DNA of 64,000 nucleotides from an uncultured virus (IMG/VR IMGVR_UViG_3300044542_000402) (Duplodnaviria > Heunggongvirae > Uroviricota > Caudoviricetes > Herelleviridae). Under the pieces are notes generated by a model that was not told where the DNA came from, ran no database searches, and saw only the letters and a program-made list of their open reading frames with translations. Positions 40,501 to 49,115 of this stretch are shown here, in pieces. The position numbers and the translations under genes are program-made. The stretch lies in the IMG/VR virus record IMGVR_UViG_3300044542_000402; one strand, given 5' to 3'. Numbering within the stretch: the stretch's first letter is position 1; each line of letters starts with the position of its first letter.

Positions 40501-43500
40501 GCCGACCGGCACCGCTCTGATGACGTTCGGCGGATGGGGAGCCGATGACGGCATCGTCGTGAGCCGTGAGTTCGCCGAGAGCCACGCCATCAACGGGGCC
40601 GACGACGAGCCCCGGTCCCTGGTTGTCGGTGACAAGCTGTCCGACCTCCACGGCAACAAGGGTGTCATCAGCCTCATCGTCGACCGCCAGATGGACCCGG
40701 ATGCCGCCCGCGAGCAGGGCTTGGAGACCGAGGTCGCCTGGTTCGCCGCCAATCCGGGTATGGATGTCGTGATGAGTCCGTTCAGCCTCATCAGCCGGCG
40801 CAACGCCGGTGCCGGGCGCGAGCTCATCGACAGGCCGGACGACGAGATCGGTCGAGAGCGGGCCCGGCGCGTCTACGAGAACATCGCCGCCGGGCGCATC
40901 GAGTCCGACCCCTACGACGATGATGACGAGGCCACCGTTCTGCTCACCGAGCTGGAGCCCGGCGAGACGATCACCATCACCGACCCCGATGGGACGAGCG
41001 TCGAGGGCACCGTCGTCGGCGATCGCGACGATGCGGCCGGCACCCTGCCGGTCGCCGGGCCCGATGGCGTCCGGTTCGACGTCGAGGCGATCAGCGGCCG
41101 GTCCGTCGACGACCCGGGACGCACCGTCGCCTCGGCCACGCGCCTGGCCGACCGGGTACGGGTCGCGGCCCGCTCGGGTGTGTCCTTCGACGCCTTCGAG
41201 GCCTCCGGGGTCGGTCAGGACTTCGTCGTACCCCACGTCCGGTCTGCCGCGGCAGGGTTCCGCGGCGATCTCGTCGCCCCCGACGGCACCGTTCAGGAGG
41301 CATCCGTCGCCCCGATGCGGTTCATCGTCACCCATATGGCCGTCGACGAGAAGACCCAGATCTACGACGATGAGGCCGTTCTGGCCGGCAAGGGCCGGCG
41401 CGCCAGCTCCCAGCTCGCCTGGGCGCTGGAGAGTGCCGGGGCCGATGCCGTGATGCGCGAGTTCTACGGATCGAACTCGGGCACCGAGGCCGACCTGAGG
41501 GAGTACCTGAGGGTGGCCGGGCTCACCATGGACGCCACCGGGACCCTCGGGGTGCTGGGCACCGACACCGATCTGCTTGACGACCGCACCCTCATCCGCA
41601 CCCCCGAGCTCATCCATCGCCTCGACCGTGACGGCCGCGAGACCGGCCGGGTCGACGTGGCGGCCATGCGGCGCGACTTCGGGGCTCTCATCGGAGCCTC
41701 CGGGGGCGATCTGGAGATTCCGTTCCCGCTCACCACCCCGGCCGGGCAGACCCTGCCGGCCGGCGAGACGCCCGGGACCTACAGGCTGCCGGTGCTCTCC
41801 AGTCATCTGCGGGCCGGGATGGAGTTCGCCGACGGCTCGACGATCACCCACGACTACACCCGCAACTACCTCGACATCTACAACCATGTCGTGGCCTGGC
41901 GGGCCAACCAGGAGCGTCTGGACGCCAACCGCGCCGCGGTGGAGGCCGATGATCAGCCGCTGCTGTCCAACCGGGATCTCGATCGGCTGAGCGGTGACCA
42001 GGCGCGTCACCGGGCCGGTGCCGAACGGGCCTACCGGAGCCTGACCCGCGACATCACCGAACGGGTGCTCAACGGGGCCGAGAAGCGGAACTTCTTCCGC
42101 ACCGGGCTCATGGCCAACCGACTGCCCGACTCGGCCACCGCTGTGTGGACCGCCGACCCCCGCCTGGACATCGACCAGATCGCCGTCGGTTCCGACATGG
42201 CCCGCGAACTCGATCTGAGCGACGGCGACACCACTCTGGTGTGGCGCGATCCGATCCTGCGCGACTCCGGGGTCCGTGCCATGAGGGTCGCCGTCCACGA
42301 CGGTCTCACCGGCGTGGCCATCAACCCGGTGAGCGACAAGAGCTTCGACGGCGACTTCGACGGCGACTCGGTCGCGGTGGTCAAGCTCCATTCGAAGGCC
42401 GCCATCGCCCAGGCCACCGAGAAGCTCGGTGTGGCGGCCAACCTCGTCGACCGCGGAGTCGTCGATGAGAACGACGCGCATCCGCTGGCCACCCAGGTGT
42501 CCCTGGACACGAAGGTGGCGCTGCACCGCAACCCGGAGCTGGCCGACGAGTTCGACTCGGCGGTCCGGGAGGCCAATCGTCTGGCCGCATGGCGCGATCG
42601 GTCCGAGGCCGTCGCCGAACTCCCCGACGACCGGAGCGAGGAACTGGCGGTTCGTGCCGGCCTGTCCGAGATCCGGGCGTCGGCCGCCGATCTCACCGAT
42701 CAGCTCTCGGACCTGTACCGGAGCGCTCAGCGCGGCGAGTTCGGTTCGGCGCTGAGCTTCGCCGACGAGGCCCGGCACGTGGCGTCCATGCAGCGGGTCT
42801 GCGTCGATACCGGGGCCAAGGGCAACAGCGCCAAGCTCGATGATTATGAGAAGGCGCTCCGGTACGGGCTCACCCGCACCGACCAGGAGCAGGCCATGTA
42901 CGCCACCGCCGTCAAGGCCCAGGGCACCGGGCTGGGGGGCTCCTACTCCCAGCGCGCCGTCCGCGCCCTGCGCGACACCGATCTCAAGGCGGTGCTGGAG
43001 CTCACCCAGCCCGTCACCCAGTCCATCCTCCAGGTGAAGCACAACGCCGCCGAGGCCCGCGGCAAGTACGAGGCCCTCCAGGGACCCGGGCGGGCCCTGT
43101 GGCGCGGACAGGCGCTGGCTCATGACCAGGGTCGTTGGGCGGTCGTCCGCGATGCGCAGGGCGAGCCCGTCGCGGCCACCACCGAGGGGTGGAAGCAGCA
43201 GGTCCGCGAGTTCTACACCTCGTCCGACGGGTTCCACGTCCCCTTCGATCCCGAGTACGTCGACCGGATCGCCACGGCGCTGTCCGACGACCAGGGCCGC
43301 ATGCGCAACCTCGAGGAGGATCCCGACCTGGCCGGTCACCTGTTGGATCGGATGGCCTACGGCGGCTCCTTCGAGGACCTCGCGAAGGCCGCGAAGAACC
43401 ATGAGAACCTCTTCGACGGGCACGGGGCCGAGCTGTTCGCCTGTGCCACCACCCGCCGGGCCCGTGAGCAGGCCGCCCGTGACGTGGCGATCCGGGAGGC

Positions 43501-43735
43501 GATCGATGACATCCCGCCGTGGGAGCGTGACCTCGATCAGGCCGCGCTCGACACCCCGGTGAGTGCGCCGGTCGCACCCTCGCCGGCCGTCACCGCCCCT
43601 GACACCCGTGACGGCGGCACCCTGCGCGGCGCGAACCGGCGCAGCCGGTACGCACCCACCCTGTCGATGGCCGGGACACGGACTCCTGTGTTCACCGACA
43701 CCGAGTCCGAGGACGACCAGGAGATGGAACTGTGA
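37598..43735 (+). CDS. Single-chain two-barrel DNA-dependent RNA polymerase (fused minimal beta+beta', NCgl1702-like)
   Basis: beta motifs GWGADDGIVVS, GDKLSDLHGNKGVIS (40628-40672), DVVMSPFSLISRRNAG, HMAVDEK, AWALES; beta' motifs FFRTGLMANR, WRDPIL, SFDGDFDGD (DFDGD 42353-42367), TGAKGN, bridge-helix-like TAVKAQGTG, trigger-loop-like QPVTQSILQVKH. Confidence 0.9.
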   Translation: MENSHGMLRYQREFIVHQVITRARRQTRTTLPLSTGRAVRERVEQLGGPRVMTGDREADDKGLGDFLDALDQAMTEIVPGYISPFATHDRTDPALRSMTQAFNKGTDLHRGPDGRVVASGSLPLSPYDPRWSGRASVRAAGTALSYIHADDIDVLADGRPDLACEEVADNARVFHTEVDRDGIRRSVAAGTARSDEDAAGLTELATHMSEREYARCRDWVLDGGRTLDSDGRTGPVDRTRFMSRAALRRSLAVLDDLDAQGIDYEISPDLHPGQIKARLADSGIEIRLSDVVDPTRPGGRNAETYVGSRIYDDGVVSYYAVSGGRGQATTNYSPTPAEAVDLLHVAQGRPVARHDRPDITIGTAVAPTGGTRSGTRRRSDAYLDPSRGKTAMFAATTTRGRTGRETVFIHRDAADHTLPEYRSPETTRDYLQTMVSSARANFIAELGVDRLIEDYRRQVRDELASPDQVEMPEFSGDTEIAAIQRSYWDVLTGARTTLLRPGATTEMAEARLGEIGETTPDLGNLAYTGSAEEQIRAHAFDAVGELIGTFEPEPHLVGDQWVDQRFDPIRVVRYADSSENRWTTLDSLAAACRDLSAEPETIDGVEITRPRPIGPGELLGTGFEHDRFADRLVRFSPTDAHPIETDPSPFIRAMGEEVRGALERNAVTPGDILIDDSGVIEWHGRKVFNRDVARSASGRDPVEVTGVIGQVFAPGDHGEIATRFASGDNSLIVPGYRARIAAQRPGEHLSVEERTLLRGYRQEMAEAISHRIGVDVLSGRGSVGDPTVLNRVYSRLYGTAHPLDHLERHTGPDGELDPMTAAVIDTEARRIRYGTEIGEGSTIYAEYAAAHNRGTDPADDNHRDPWMLTEGRNMVVLTGPDRDGVAPPAGYLDPMMTGSATNQGVVRYLTAGAEVAPDGHITPGDPDTAEGTRAPLMLRPELGTVGHDAFDRQLMATTNLMAASQVTGPTGTALMTFGGWGADDGIVVSREFAESHAINGADDEPRSLVVGDKLSDLHGNKGVISLIVDRQMDPDAAREQGLETEVAWFAANPGMDVVMSPFSLISRRNAGAGRELIDRPDDEIGRERARRVYENIAAGRIESDPYDDDDEATVLLTELEPGETITITDPDGTSVEGTVVGDRDDAAGTLPVAGPDGVRFDVEAISGRSVDDPGRTVASATRLADRVRVAARSGVSFDAFEASGVGQDFVVPHVRSAAAGFRGDLVAPDGTVQEASVAPMRFIVTHMAVDEKTQIYDDEAVLAGKGRRASSQLAWALESAGADAVMREFYGSNSGTEADLREYLRVAGLTMDATGTLGVLGTDTDLLDDRTLIRTPELIHRLDRDGRETGRVDVAAMRRDFGALIGASGGDLEIPFPLTTPAGQTLPAGETPGTYRLPVLSSHLRAGMEFADGSTITHDYTRNYLDIYNHVVAWRANQERLDANRAAVEADDQPLLSNRDLDRLSGDQARHRAGAERAYRSLTRDITERVLNGAEKRNFFRTGLMANRLPDSATAVWTADPRLDIDQIAVGSDMARELDLSDGDTTLVWRDPILRDSGVRAMRVAVHDGLTGVAINPVSDKSFDGDFDGDSVAVVKLHSKAAIAQATEKLGVAANLVDRGVVDENDAHPLATQVSLDTKVALHRNPELADEFDSAVREANRLAAWRDRSEAVAELPDDRSEELAVRAGLSEIRASAADLTDQLSDLYRSAQRGEFGSALSFADEARHVASMQRVCVDTGAKGNSAKLDDYEKALRYGLTRTDQEQAMYATAVKAQGTGLGGSYSQRAVRALRDTDLKAVLELTQPVTQSILQVKHNAAEARGKYEALQGPGRALWRGQALAHDQGRWAVVRDAQGEPVAATTEGWKQQVREFYTSSDGFHVPFDPEYVDRIATALSDDQGRMRNLEEDPDLAGHLLDRMAYGGSFEDLAKAAKNHENLFDGHGAELFACATTRRAREQAARDVAIREAIDDIPPWERDLDQAALDTPVSAPVAPSPAVTAPDTRDGGTLRGANRRSRYAPTLSMAGTRTPVFTDTESEDDQEMEL

Positions 43736-45462
43736 GTACCGATCGCCAGGAGCCCCGCGACGGGCTCACCGCCGCCGACTGGCAGGCCATGAATGGTGCC
43801 GAGGACGCCCGCCAGTCCCGATGGCTGGCCAATCAGCGGGTGATGAACGGCGACGACGAGCCGAACGTGCCGGCACCGGTACGCACGCGCCGTGGGCCGT
43901 CCCGTCGTGGGAGTGACGGCCCGGGTCCCGGGGAGGAGGCTGGAAAGATTCCAGCCCCCGACTGGGAGAGACTGTGGGACAGGTGGGGCCTCCCCTCTCA
44001 GAAGGGATGGGCCGAGGCGCGCGATCTCCGCGCGAGAGAGGCCATCGCCGCCAAGCGCCGCGAGGATCGGAGTCCCTCCGAGTCGCTGCTGCTGGCCCGG
44101 TCCCGGGCCAGCGACACCGGGCGGCGCTACGTCGCCGCCCTGGCGGCCGCCGGCCAGTTCGTCCCCGGGGTGACCCGCGATCAGCGCCGTGAGACGATCC
44201 GGGCGAATCACGACCGGTACGCCCGGGCCATGATGGCGGTGGCCATGGAGCCGCTCAAGGACGGGGTGGACACCGATTCCCTCATCGAGAGCCTCGGCAT
44301 CATGACCGTCATGTCGGCGCTCTCCCCCACCTTCCGTCACCAGGTCGGCGATCATTTCAATCCTGTCCGCCGCGCCGTCGTGCGCCGCATTGACCGCCAG
44401 GCCGCGATCGACATGTACAACCGGCGCACCGACGACAAGTCCCCCTCGAAGGTCCTGCGCCGGCGCTACGACGCCATGATGGAGCGCAACCCCGATTACG
44501 TGGAGCCCCTCACCCCCACGGCCGTCGGTCTCACCGAGGTCGCGCTGCTGCGCGACGCCGCCGACCGGATGCGCCGTCCCGGCGTCGACGCCGACGAGAT
44601 CCGTCGTATCGACGGCGAGTACCGGGCCACCGTCGCCGAGCTCTACGAGCAGGCCGCCGCCGACGGCCTGGACCCCGAGCGGACCGTCGCGGTGAGCCGC
44701 CGGGTCCTGGCCGAGCAGATGATCCAGGACCCGGATCTCGCGCCTCTCATCACGGGGCTGTCCGAGGGATCCGTACGGGTGCATGTCGAACAGATCCCTC
44801 AGCGCGGGCGTCATCACAGGACTGTCGCCACGCTCGTCCACGACGACGGGACCGAGGCCGACCTGTCGACGCGCGGCGTCTCGGAGCGGGGATCCCGTAT
44901 CGAGTCGGGCTACACGCTGCGTCCGCCCCGGTCGATCGACGCCCACGAGCGCGTCATCGAGGCCACCGTCGTGGATCAGATCGTGCCGTCCAGCGTCACG
45001 AGGGGCACCGCCGATCCTGTGCGCACCCCGGTGTCGGTCCGTACCGATGTCCTTGAGAACTACGTGTGCGGACGCACCGCCGACGGGGCGGCCTTCGGGC
45101 CGGCCGGAGCGCTGATGGCGGCCATGAGGGCCGACGGGCAGGATGCCGGGGCGGCCCGGCGCGCCTACAGCCACGGTCTCGTCGCCGCCGTCCGGGCCGC
45201 CAGGTCGGTTGAGCCCGAGCGCATCGACGCCTGGCTGGGGGACCTCGGCACATTCACCGACGAGTTCGAGGCCCGTGCCGAGGCCGACTCCCGGACCGCC
45301 ACGGATCTTCTCGCGGCCCATATCAGGGACCGTCGCGACCGGACCGCCGGGATGCCGCGGTCCGGACTCACGCCGGTCGAGCCGTCGGACGTCGAGGCAG
45401 CCGATGACGAGCCCACCGTCATCATCCCCACCGTCGAGGATCCCGGACCCGACATCGCCTGA
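43732..45462 (+). CDS. Hypothetical helical protein translationally coupled to RNAP gene
   Basis: GTGA overlap; 576 aa with element-like codon usage. Confidence 0.7.
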   Translation: MSTDRQEPRDGLTAADWQAMNGAEDARQSRWLANQRVMNGDDEPNVPAPVRTRRGPSRRGSDGPGPGEEAGKIPAPDWERLWDRWGLPSQKGWAEARDLRAREAIAAKRREDRSPSESLLLARSRASDTGRRYVAALAAAGQFVPGVTRDQRRETIRANHDRYARAMMAVAMEPLKDGVDTDSLIESLGIMTVMSALSPTFRHQVGDHFNPVRRAVVRRIDRQAAIDMYNRRTDDKSPSKVLRRRYDAMMERNPDYVEPLTPTAVGLTEVALLRDAADRMRRPGVDADEIRRIDGEYRATVAELYEQAAADGLDPERTVAVSRRVLAEQMIQDPDLAPLITGLSEGSVRVHVEQIPQRGRHHRTVATLVHDDGTEADLSTRGVSERGSRIESGYTLRPPRSIDAHERVIEATVVDQIVPSSVTRGTADPVRTPVSVRTDVLENYVCGRTADGAAFGPAGALMAAMRADGQDAGAARRAYSHGLVAAVRAARSVEPERIDAWLGDLGTFTDEFEARAEADSRTATDLLAAHIRDRRDRTAGMPRSGLTPVEPSDVEAADDEPTVIIPTVEDPGPDIA

Positions 45463-45554
45463 TCGGGCATCCGGAATGCCATCATATCGTATTTCGAATC
45501 AGCATCCGGTAGAATCAGATTGACTGATCTACGAGGCCGACGACAGGAGAGACG

Positions 45555-45911
45555 ATGAGCGCGGAACGGGTGGATGACCGGATGTCCGGCACGACGTCGG
45601 GGGACCGTGTCACCCGGCGGGAGTTTCTCATGCGCGTCGCCGAGCGCAGCGGGCGCAGTCTTGAGGACGTCACTGAGGTCTATGAAACGTTCATCAACGA
45701 GCTCGTCGACGACGTCGTGGCCGGTGATGTCATCGTGCTCACCGGTTTCGGCAAGTTCTACCGCCAGGACCACAAGGGCCATCGCGTTCACTTCGGACGG
45801 ACCGCCATCGCCGACTACGAGGTCTTCAAGTTCTCCGCGGCCCGTGGGGTCAATCGCAGTGTCAACAGCGCCCCCGCCGAGGATCCCGAGACGGTCTTCT
45901 GGCCGGCCTGA
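45555..45911 (+). CDS. HU/IHF family DNA-binding protein
   Basis: TRREFLMRVAERSG, IVLTGFGKFY, FKFSA. Confidence 0.85.
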   Translation: MSAERVDDRMSGTTSGDRVTRREFLMRVAERSGRSLEDVTEVYETFINELVDDVVAGDVIVLTGFGKFYRQDHKGHRVHFGRTAIADYEVFKFSAARGVNRSVNSAPAEDPETVFWPA

Positions 45912-45922
45912 GGCACAGTCCC

Positions 45923-46636
45923 ATGACTCGTTCAACGTTCCGGCGACAGGACTCGTGGGCGGCCATGACCGTCACTCTGGTCCTCGTCGCACTGTCGATC
46001 GTCGGACTGGGCGTGGCCCGGGCGGTGGCCCTGGACCGCCCGACCCGCCCCGGCTCCGTGACGTCGGTGTCGTCGACCCCTGTCCCCACGTCCAGCGTGT
46101 CCAGCGTCACCACGTCGCCGACCCCCACTCTCGATCTGGCCGGTAACCGTGTTCATGTCGACCAGGCGTCGCGCCCCGATCCCAGGGCACTGGCCTCGGG
46201 CCGGGGCCGTCTCGTCGTCCCGGCGGCGAATCTGAACGTACCTCTGGGCAGTGTGAGCATCATCGACGGGGCCGTCACACCGCCCGGCTTCCGCTCGGCC
46301 TATCTGCTGGCCAACAAGGGAGTCGCCCCGGCCGAGGCGGATCGGGGCACCGTCTTCGTCATCACCCATTCCGTCCACGGCGGCGGGGACGCCCCCGGGA
46401 ACAGACTCATCACTAATGCGGGGACCTCCAGACTGTGGACCGGCGACGCCATCACCGCGGGCGGGGCCTCCTACCGGGTCACCGGATCCCGCACCGTTCC
46501 CAAGGCCGGACTGGCCGGTGACGCCCGCACCTGGGCCGCCGTACCGGGACGTCTCATCGTCATCACCTGCATGCTCGGGCCCGACGGCGGGCTCACCGAC
46601 CGCAACCTCGTTGTCGAGGCCCGGCTGGTGTCGTAG
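45923..46636 (+). CDS. Class F sortase
   Basis: TM anchor; TVFVITHS (His), LIVITC (Cys), DRNLVVEA (Arg/Asn). Confidence 0.8.
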   Translation: MTRSTFRRQDSWAAMTVTLVLVALSIVGLGVARAVALDRPTRPGSVTSVSSTPVPTSSVSSVTTSPTPTLDLAGNRVHVDQASRPDPRALASGRGRLVVPAANLNVPLGSVSIIDGAVTPPGFRSAYLLANKGVAPAEADRGTVFVITHSVHGGGDAPGNRLITNAGTSRLWTGDAITAGGASYRVTGSRTVPKAGLAGDARTWAAVPGRLIVITCMLGPDGGLTDRNLVVEARLVS

Positions 46637-46642
46637 AAGGAA

Positions 46643-46678
46643 GAACCCCGTACGGAGTGGAGGCTCCGTACGGGGTTC
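46643..46678. terminator. Bidirectional terminator at + to - strand switch
   Basis: 15-bp stem GAACCCCGTACGGAG/CTCCGTACGGGGTTC. Confidence 0.8.
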
Positions 46679-46696
46679 GTGATGAATGAAGTCGTA

Positions 46697-46945
46697 TCAG
46701 AGATCGTCGATGATGACGACTAGTGCGATGATCCCGATGATCGGGATCAGCAGTGCACCACCCGCCTTCAGCAGATGGGTGAAGTCCCACGGCTCGTTCA
46801 GCCAGCCGACGATCTGGTGCCACAGGCCCGGCAGGAACCCGGTGGCGAACCCGGCGACGAGCAGCCCGACGACCACCAGGATGAGCACGAGCCCGACCGT
46901 GCGACGTACCGGATGAGGGCCGTCGACGACGATCTGACGGGCCAT
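46697..46945 (-). CDS. Small two-TM membrane protein
   Basis: GAGGAAAG RBS; two hydrophobic helices. Confidence 0.65.
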   Translation of the reverse strand: MARQIVVDGPHPVRRTVGLVLILVVVGLLVAGFATGFLPGLWHQIVGWLNEPWDFTHLLKAGGALLIPIIGIIALVVIIDDL

Positions 46946-46999
46946 GATCTTTCTTTCCTCTCGTATTCGAATCAGGTCTGAACACCTATTGTATCGTGA

Positions 47000-47416
47000 T
47001 CAGGATCGGCGATCATGCACCCGGGTGGCGCGCCGGTTCCGGTCGTGACGCTGCCGCTGTTCATGGTCGTGCCGCTTCCGCCCGCGCTCGCGCCGGTCAC
47101 GTTCGCGCTGACGCCGATCGCCGCGACGGGCGGGTCCCCGGTTCGGATCGTCGGCGATGACGGCGATCGCCGTGGCGTCCTCGACGATGACCGCCACGCC
47201 GTGGCCGCAGTAGCGGTACCGAACGGCCCGGGAGTCGGTGTCGGGCTGATGACGGACCTCGTTGATCCAGCGGGGGTCCGACAGGGCCGCCCGCATCTGT
47301 TCGAGCGTGAAGCCGACGAGCTCGGCGTGGGCGAGCAGCGACGGGGTGAAGGTCACCTCGTCGGGATCCAGAGGTCCCGGCGCGGTCCTGGTCCCGGTGG
47401 CGGTGGCAATGGACAT
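47000..47416 (-). CDS. Hypothetical protein with Arg-rich tail
   Basis: AAGGAG RBS before ATG. Confidence 0.6.
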   Translation of the reverse strand: MSIATATGTRTAPGPLDPDEVTFTPSLLAHAELVGFTLEQMRAALSDPRWINEVRHQPDTDSRAVRYRYCGHGVAVIVEDATAIAVIADDPNRGPARRGDRRQRERDRRERGRKRHDHEQRQRHDRNRRATRVHDRRS

Positions 47417-47435
47417 GGGTGTGCTCCTTGTGCGG

Positions 47436-47846
47436 TCAGGGATGGTAATGGGTCCGCCGGCGCGTCAGTCGGGTGTGATAGCCGGGCGACGGCCACTTGT
47501 TCGATTTGGCGATGTTGTGACGCCGGCACAGCAACTGGGCGTTGTCCAGGTCGGTGCGCCCGCCGCGGCTCCAGGGGAGGATGTGGTCGGCCTGGGTGCC
47601 GGCCCGGCGGCAGCGGTGGCCCAGCAGGACGTGTTCGCAGCGTCCGTGCGCCCGGTCACGGATGATCTGCTTCTGCGTGCTGGTGAACAGCCGTTGTGGA
47701 TCGCGATGCCGATGACGGCTCACGATGTCGATGGCGGCGGCTGTGACGATGAGGGCGGCGATGACGATCACGACCGGTCCGAGCCAGGCCGGGGGTCCGG
47801 CCGCGACCACCGACAGCAGTCGGCCCAGTAGGTCTTCGGGACTCAT
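47436..47846 (-). CDS. HNH endonuclease with N-terminal TM helix
   Basis: RCEH...RC...QADHILPWSRGGRTDLDNAQLLCRRHNIAK. Confidence 0.88.
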   Translation of the reverse strand: MSPEDLLGRLLSVVAAGPPAWLGPVVIVIAALIVTAAAIDIVSRHRHRDPQRLFTSTQKQIIRDRAHGRCEHVLLGHRCRRAGTQADHILPWSRGGRTDLDNAQLLCRRHNIAKSNKWPSPGYHTRLTRRRTHYHP

Positions 47847-48163
47847 CGGACGGTTCTGGCGTGGACGCCGGTTGTGGCGACCAGTGCCGTGGAGATCACG
47901 ATGGCGACGGTGGCCACGACGACCGCCACAGTGAGCCCGCGACTCATGAGGCGGGCCGTCCGGCCGTCGGAGCCGCCGCCGGGGCGGAACCGATCGGCGG
48001 TCTCGGCGTCGGCGCGGACGTGACGGATCACCGGCAGGGCCATGAGGGTCATGACGAGAGTGAGGATCCCGGCGAGGATGAGAACGTGATGGAGGGCGTC
48101 GGTGTGTGATGCCGGGATCGCCGCCCAGGAGGCCAGCACATCATGGATCGGACGGGGTGTCAT
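47843..48163 (-). CDS. Two-TM membrane protein
   Basis: AAGGAG RBS before ATG 48163; ATGA-coupled to HNH. Confidence 0.6.
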   Translation of the reverse strand: MTPRPIHDVLASWAAIPASHTDALHHVLILAGILTLVMTLMALPVIRHVRADAETADRFRPGGGSDGRTARLMSRGLTVAVVVATVAIVISTALVATTGVHARTVR

Positions 48164-48574
48164 GACGGCTCCTTGCGGATCAGCATTCGGATGACGATCC
48201 AATTGTCTCACAGATGAGGAGATCAGGGAACGGGGCAGGCATGACAACGGACTCCGGTTGATGTCGGGGACCGTGACGGACCGGCGGGGGGATGTGGGAC
48301 AGCCCTGCGTACACGGGGACAGCCGTGCCGCGAGGAAGGCCGTCGACGATTTGCCGTAATAATCCCCGTGCCCGCCTGCCCTGGTGAAGGAGGACGTGGG
48401 GAACCGCGATGATCAGTGTAAGGGAGTGATGGAGAGTGCTGGTCTCGCATATATGAGAATGATGATTTTGTAGTACCATTTACGATCTGCGGGACGACGG
48501 ATTGATCATCACGGAGGTCTTTTCCACAGGGAGGGGCAATTTATACGGAATGAATGAGCTTTGCTAATCCAGGC

Positions 48575-49115
48575 ATTTCAATGAAGAGCTTCGTCATACA
48601 ACGAAGCAATGGCTCCTCATGCACATCATGACATGAGCCTACCCAAACCTCAATGAAGGGCTTCGTCATACAACGAAGCAATATCCCGGTCATCCAGCGG
48701 TCGGGACGAGACCACTCACCTCAATGAAGGGCTTCGTCATACAACGAAGCAATCCGGGGGACGCTCGCACCGATCGCGGAGGCGGCCACACCTCAATGAA
48801 GGGCTTCGTCATACAACGAAGCAATCCGCATCCGTGCGGCGTGCATCGAGCACAGGCCATAGACCTCAATGAAGGGCTTCGTCATACAACGAAGCAATAC
48901 TCTGGGCCGAGTCGACGCCGTGGACCTCGGTAGTTCACCTCAATGAAGGGCTTCGTCATACAACGAAGCAATGCTCCTGCTTGACGGCGTGCTCGCTGTC
49001 CTTCCACGAACCTCAATGAAGGGCTTCGTCATACAACGAAGCAATCCCACGACGCCTTCAAGACACTGGGGGCCAAGCGACCTCAATGAAGGGCTTCGTC
49101 ATACAACGAAGCAAT
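48575..49115 (-). CRISPR. CRISPR array 1: 8 repeats (36 bp), 7 spacers (34-38 bp), type I-G
   Basis: + strand ACCTCAATGAAGGGCTTCGTCATACAACGAAGCAAT at 48647, 48718, 48790, 48863, 48937, 49010, 49080; degenerate trailer at 48575; 7-bp hairpin GCTTCGT/ACGAAGC. Confidence 0.98.

Noticed and set aside
39902..43423. Long antisense ORFs (this one, 1574-4552, 24923-26872, 31047-33038, 49177-50391 and others)
   Set aside because: Shadow frames of high-GC genes; the opposite strand carries the recognisable motifs
46955..46967. Partial match TTCCTCTCGtATT to the 5' end of the crRNA from spacer 56023-56058
   Set aside because: Only 12 of 13 nt, flanked by TCT rather than a TTN-type PAM; plausible by chance. 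I found no full self-targeting match by eye, but the search was not exhaustive
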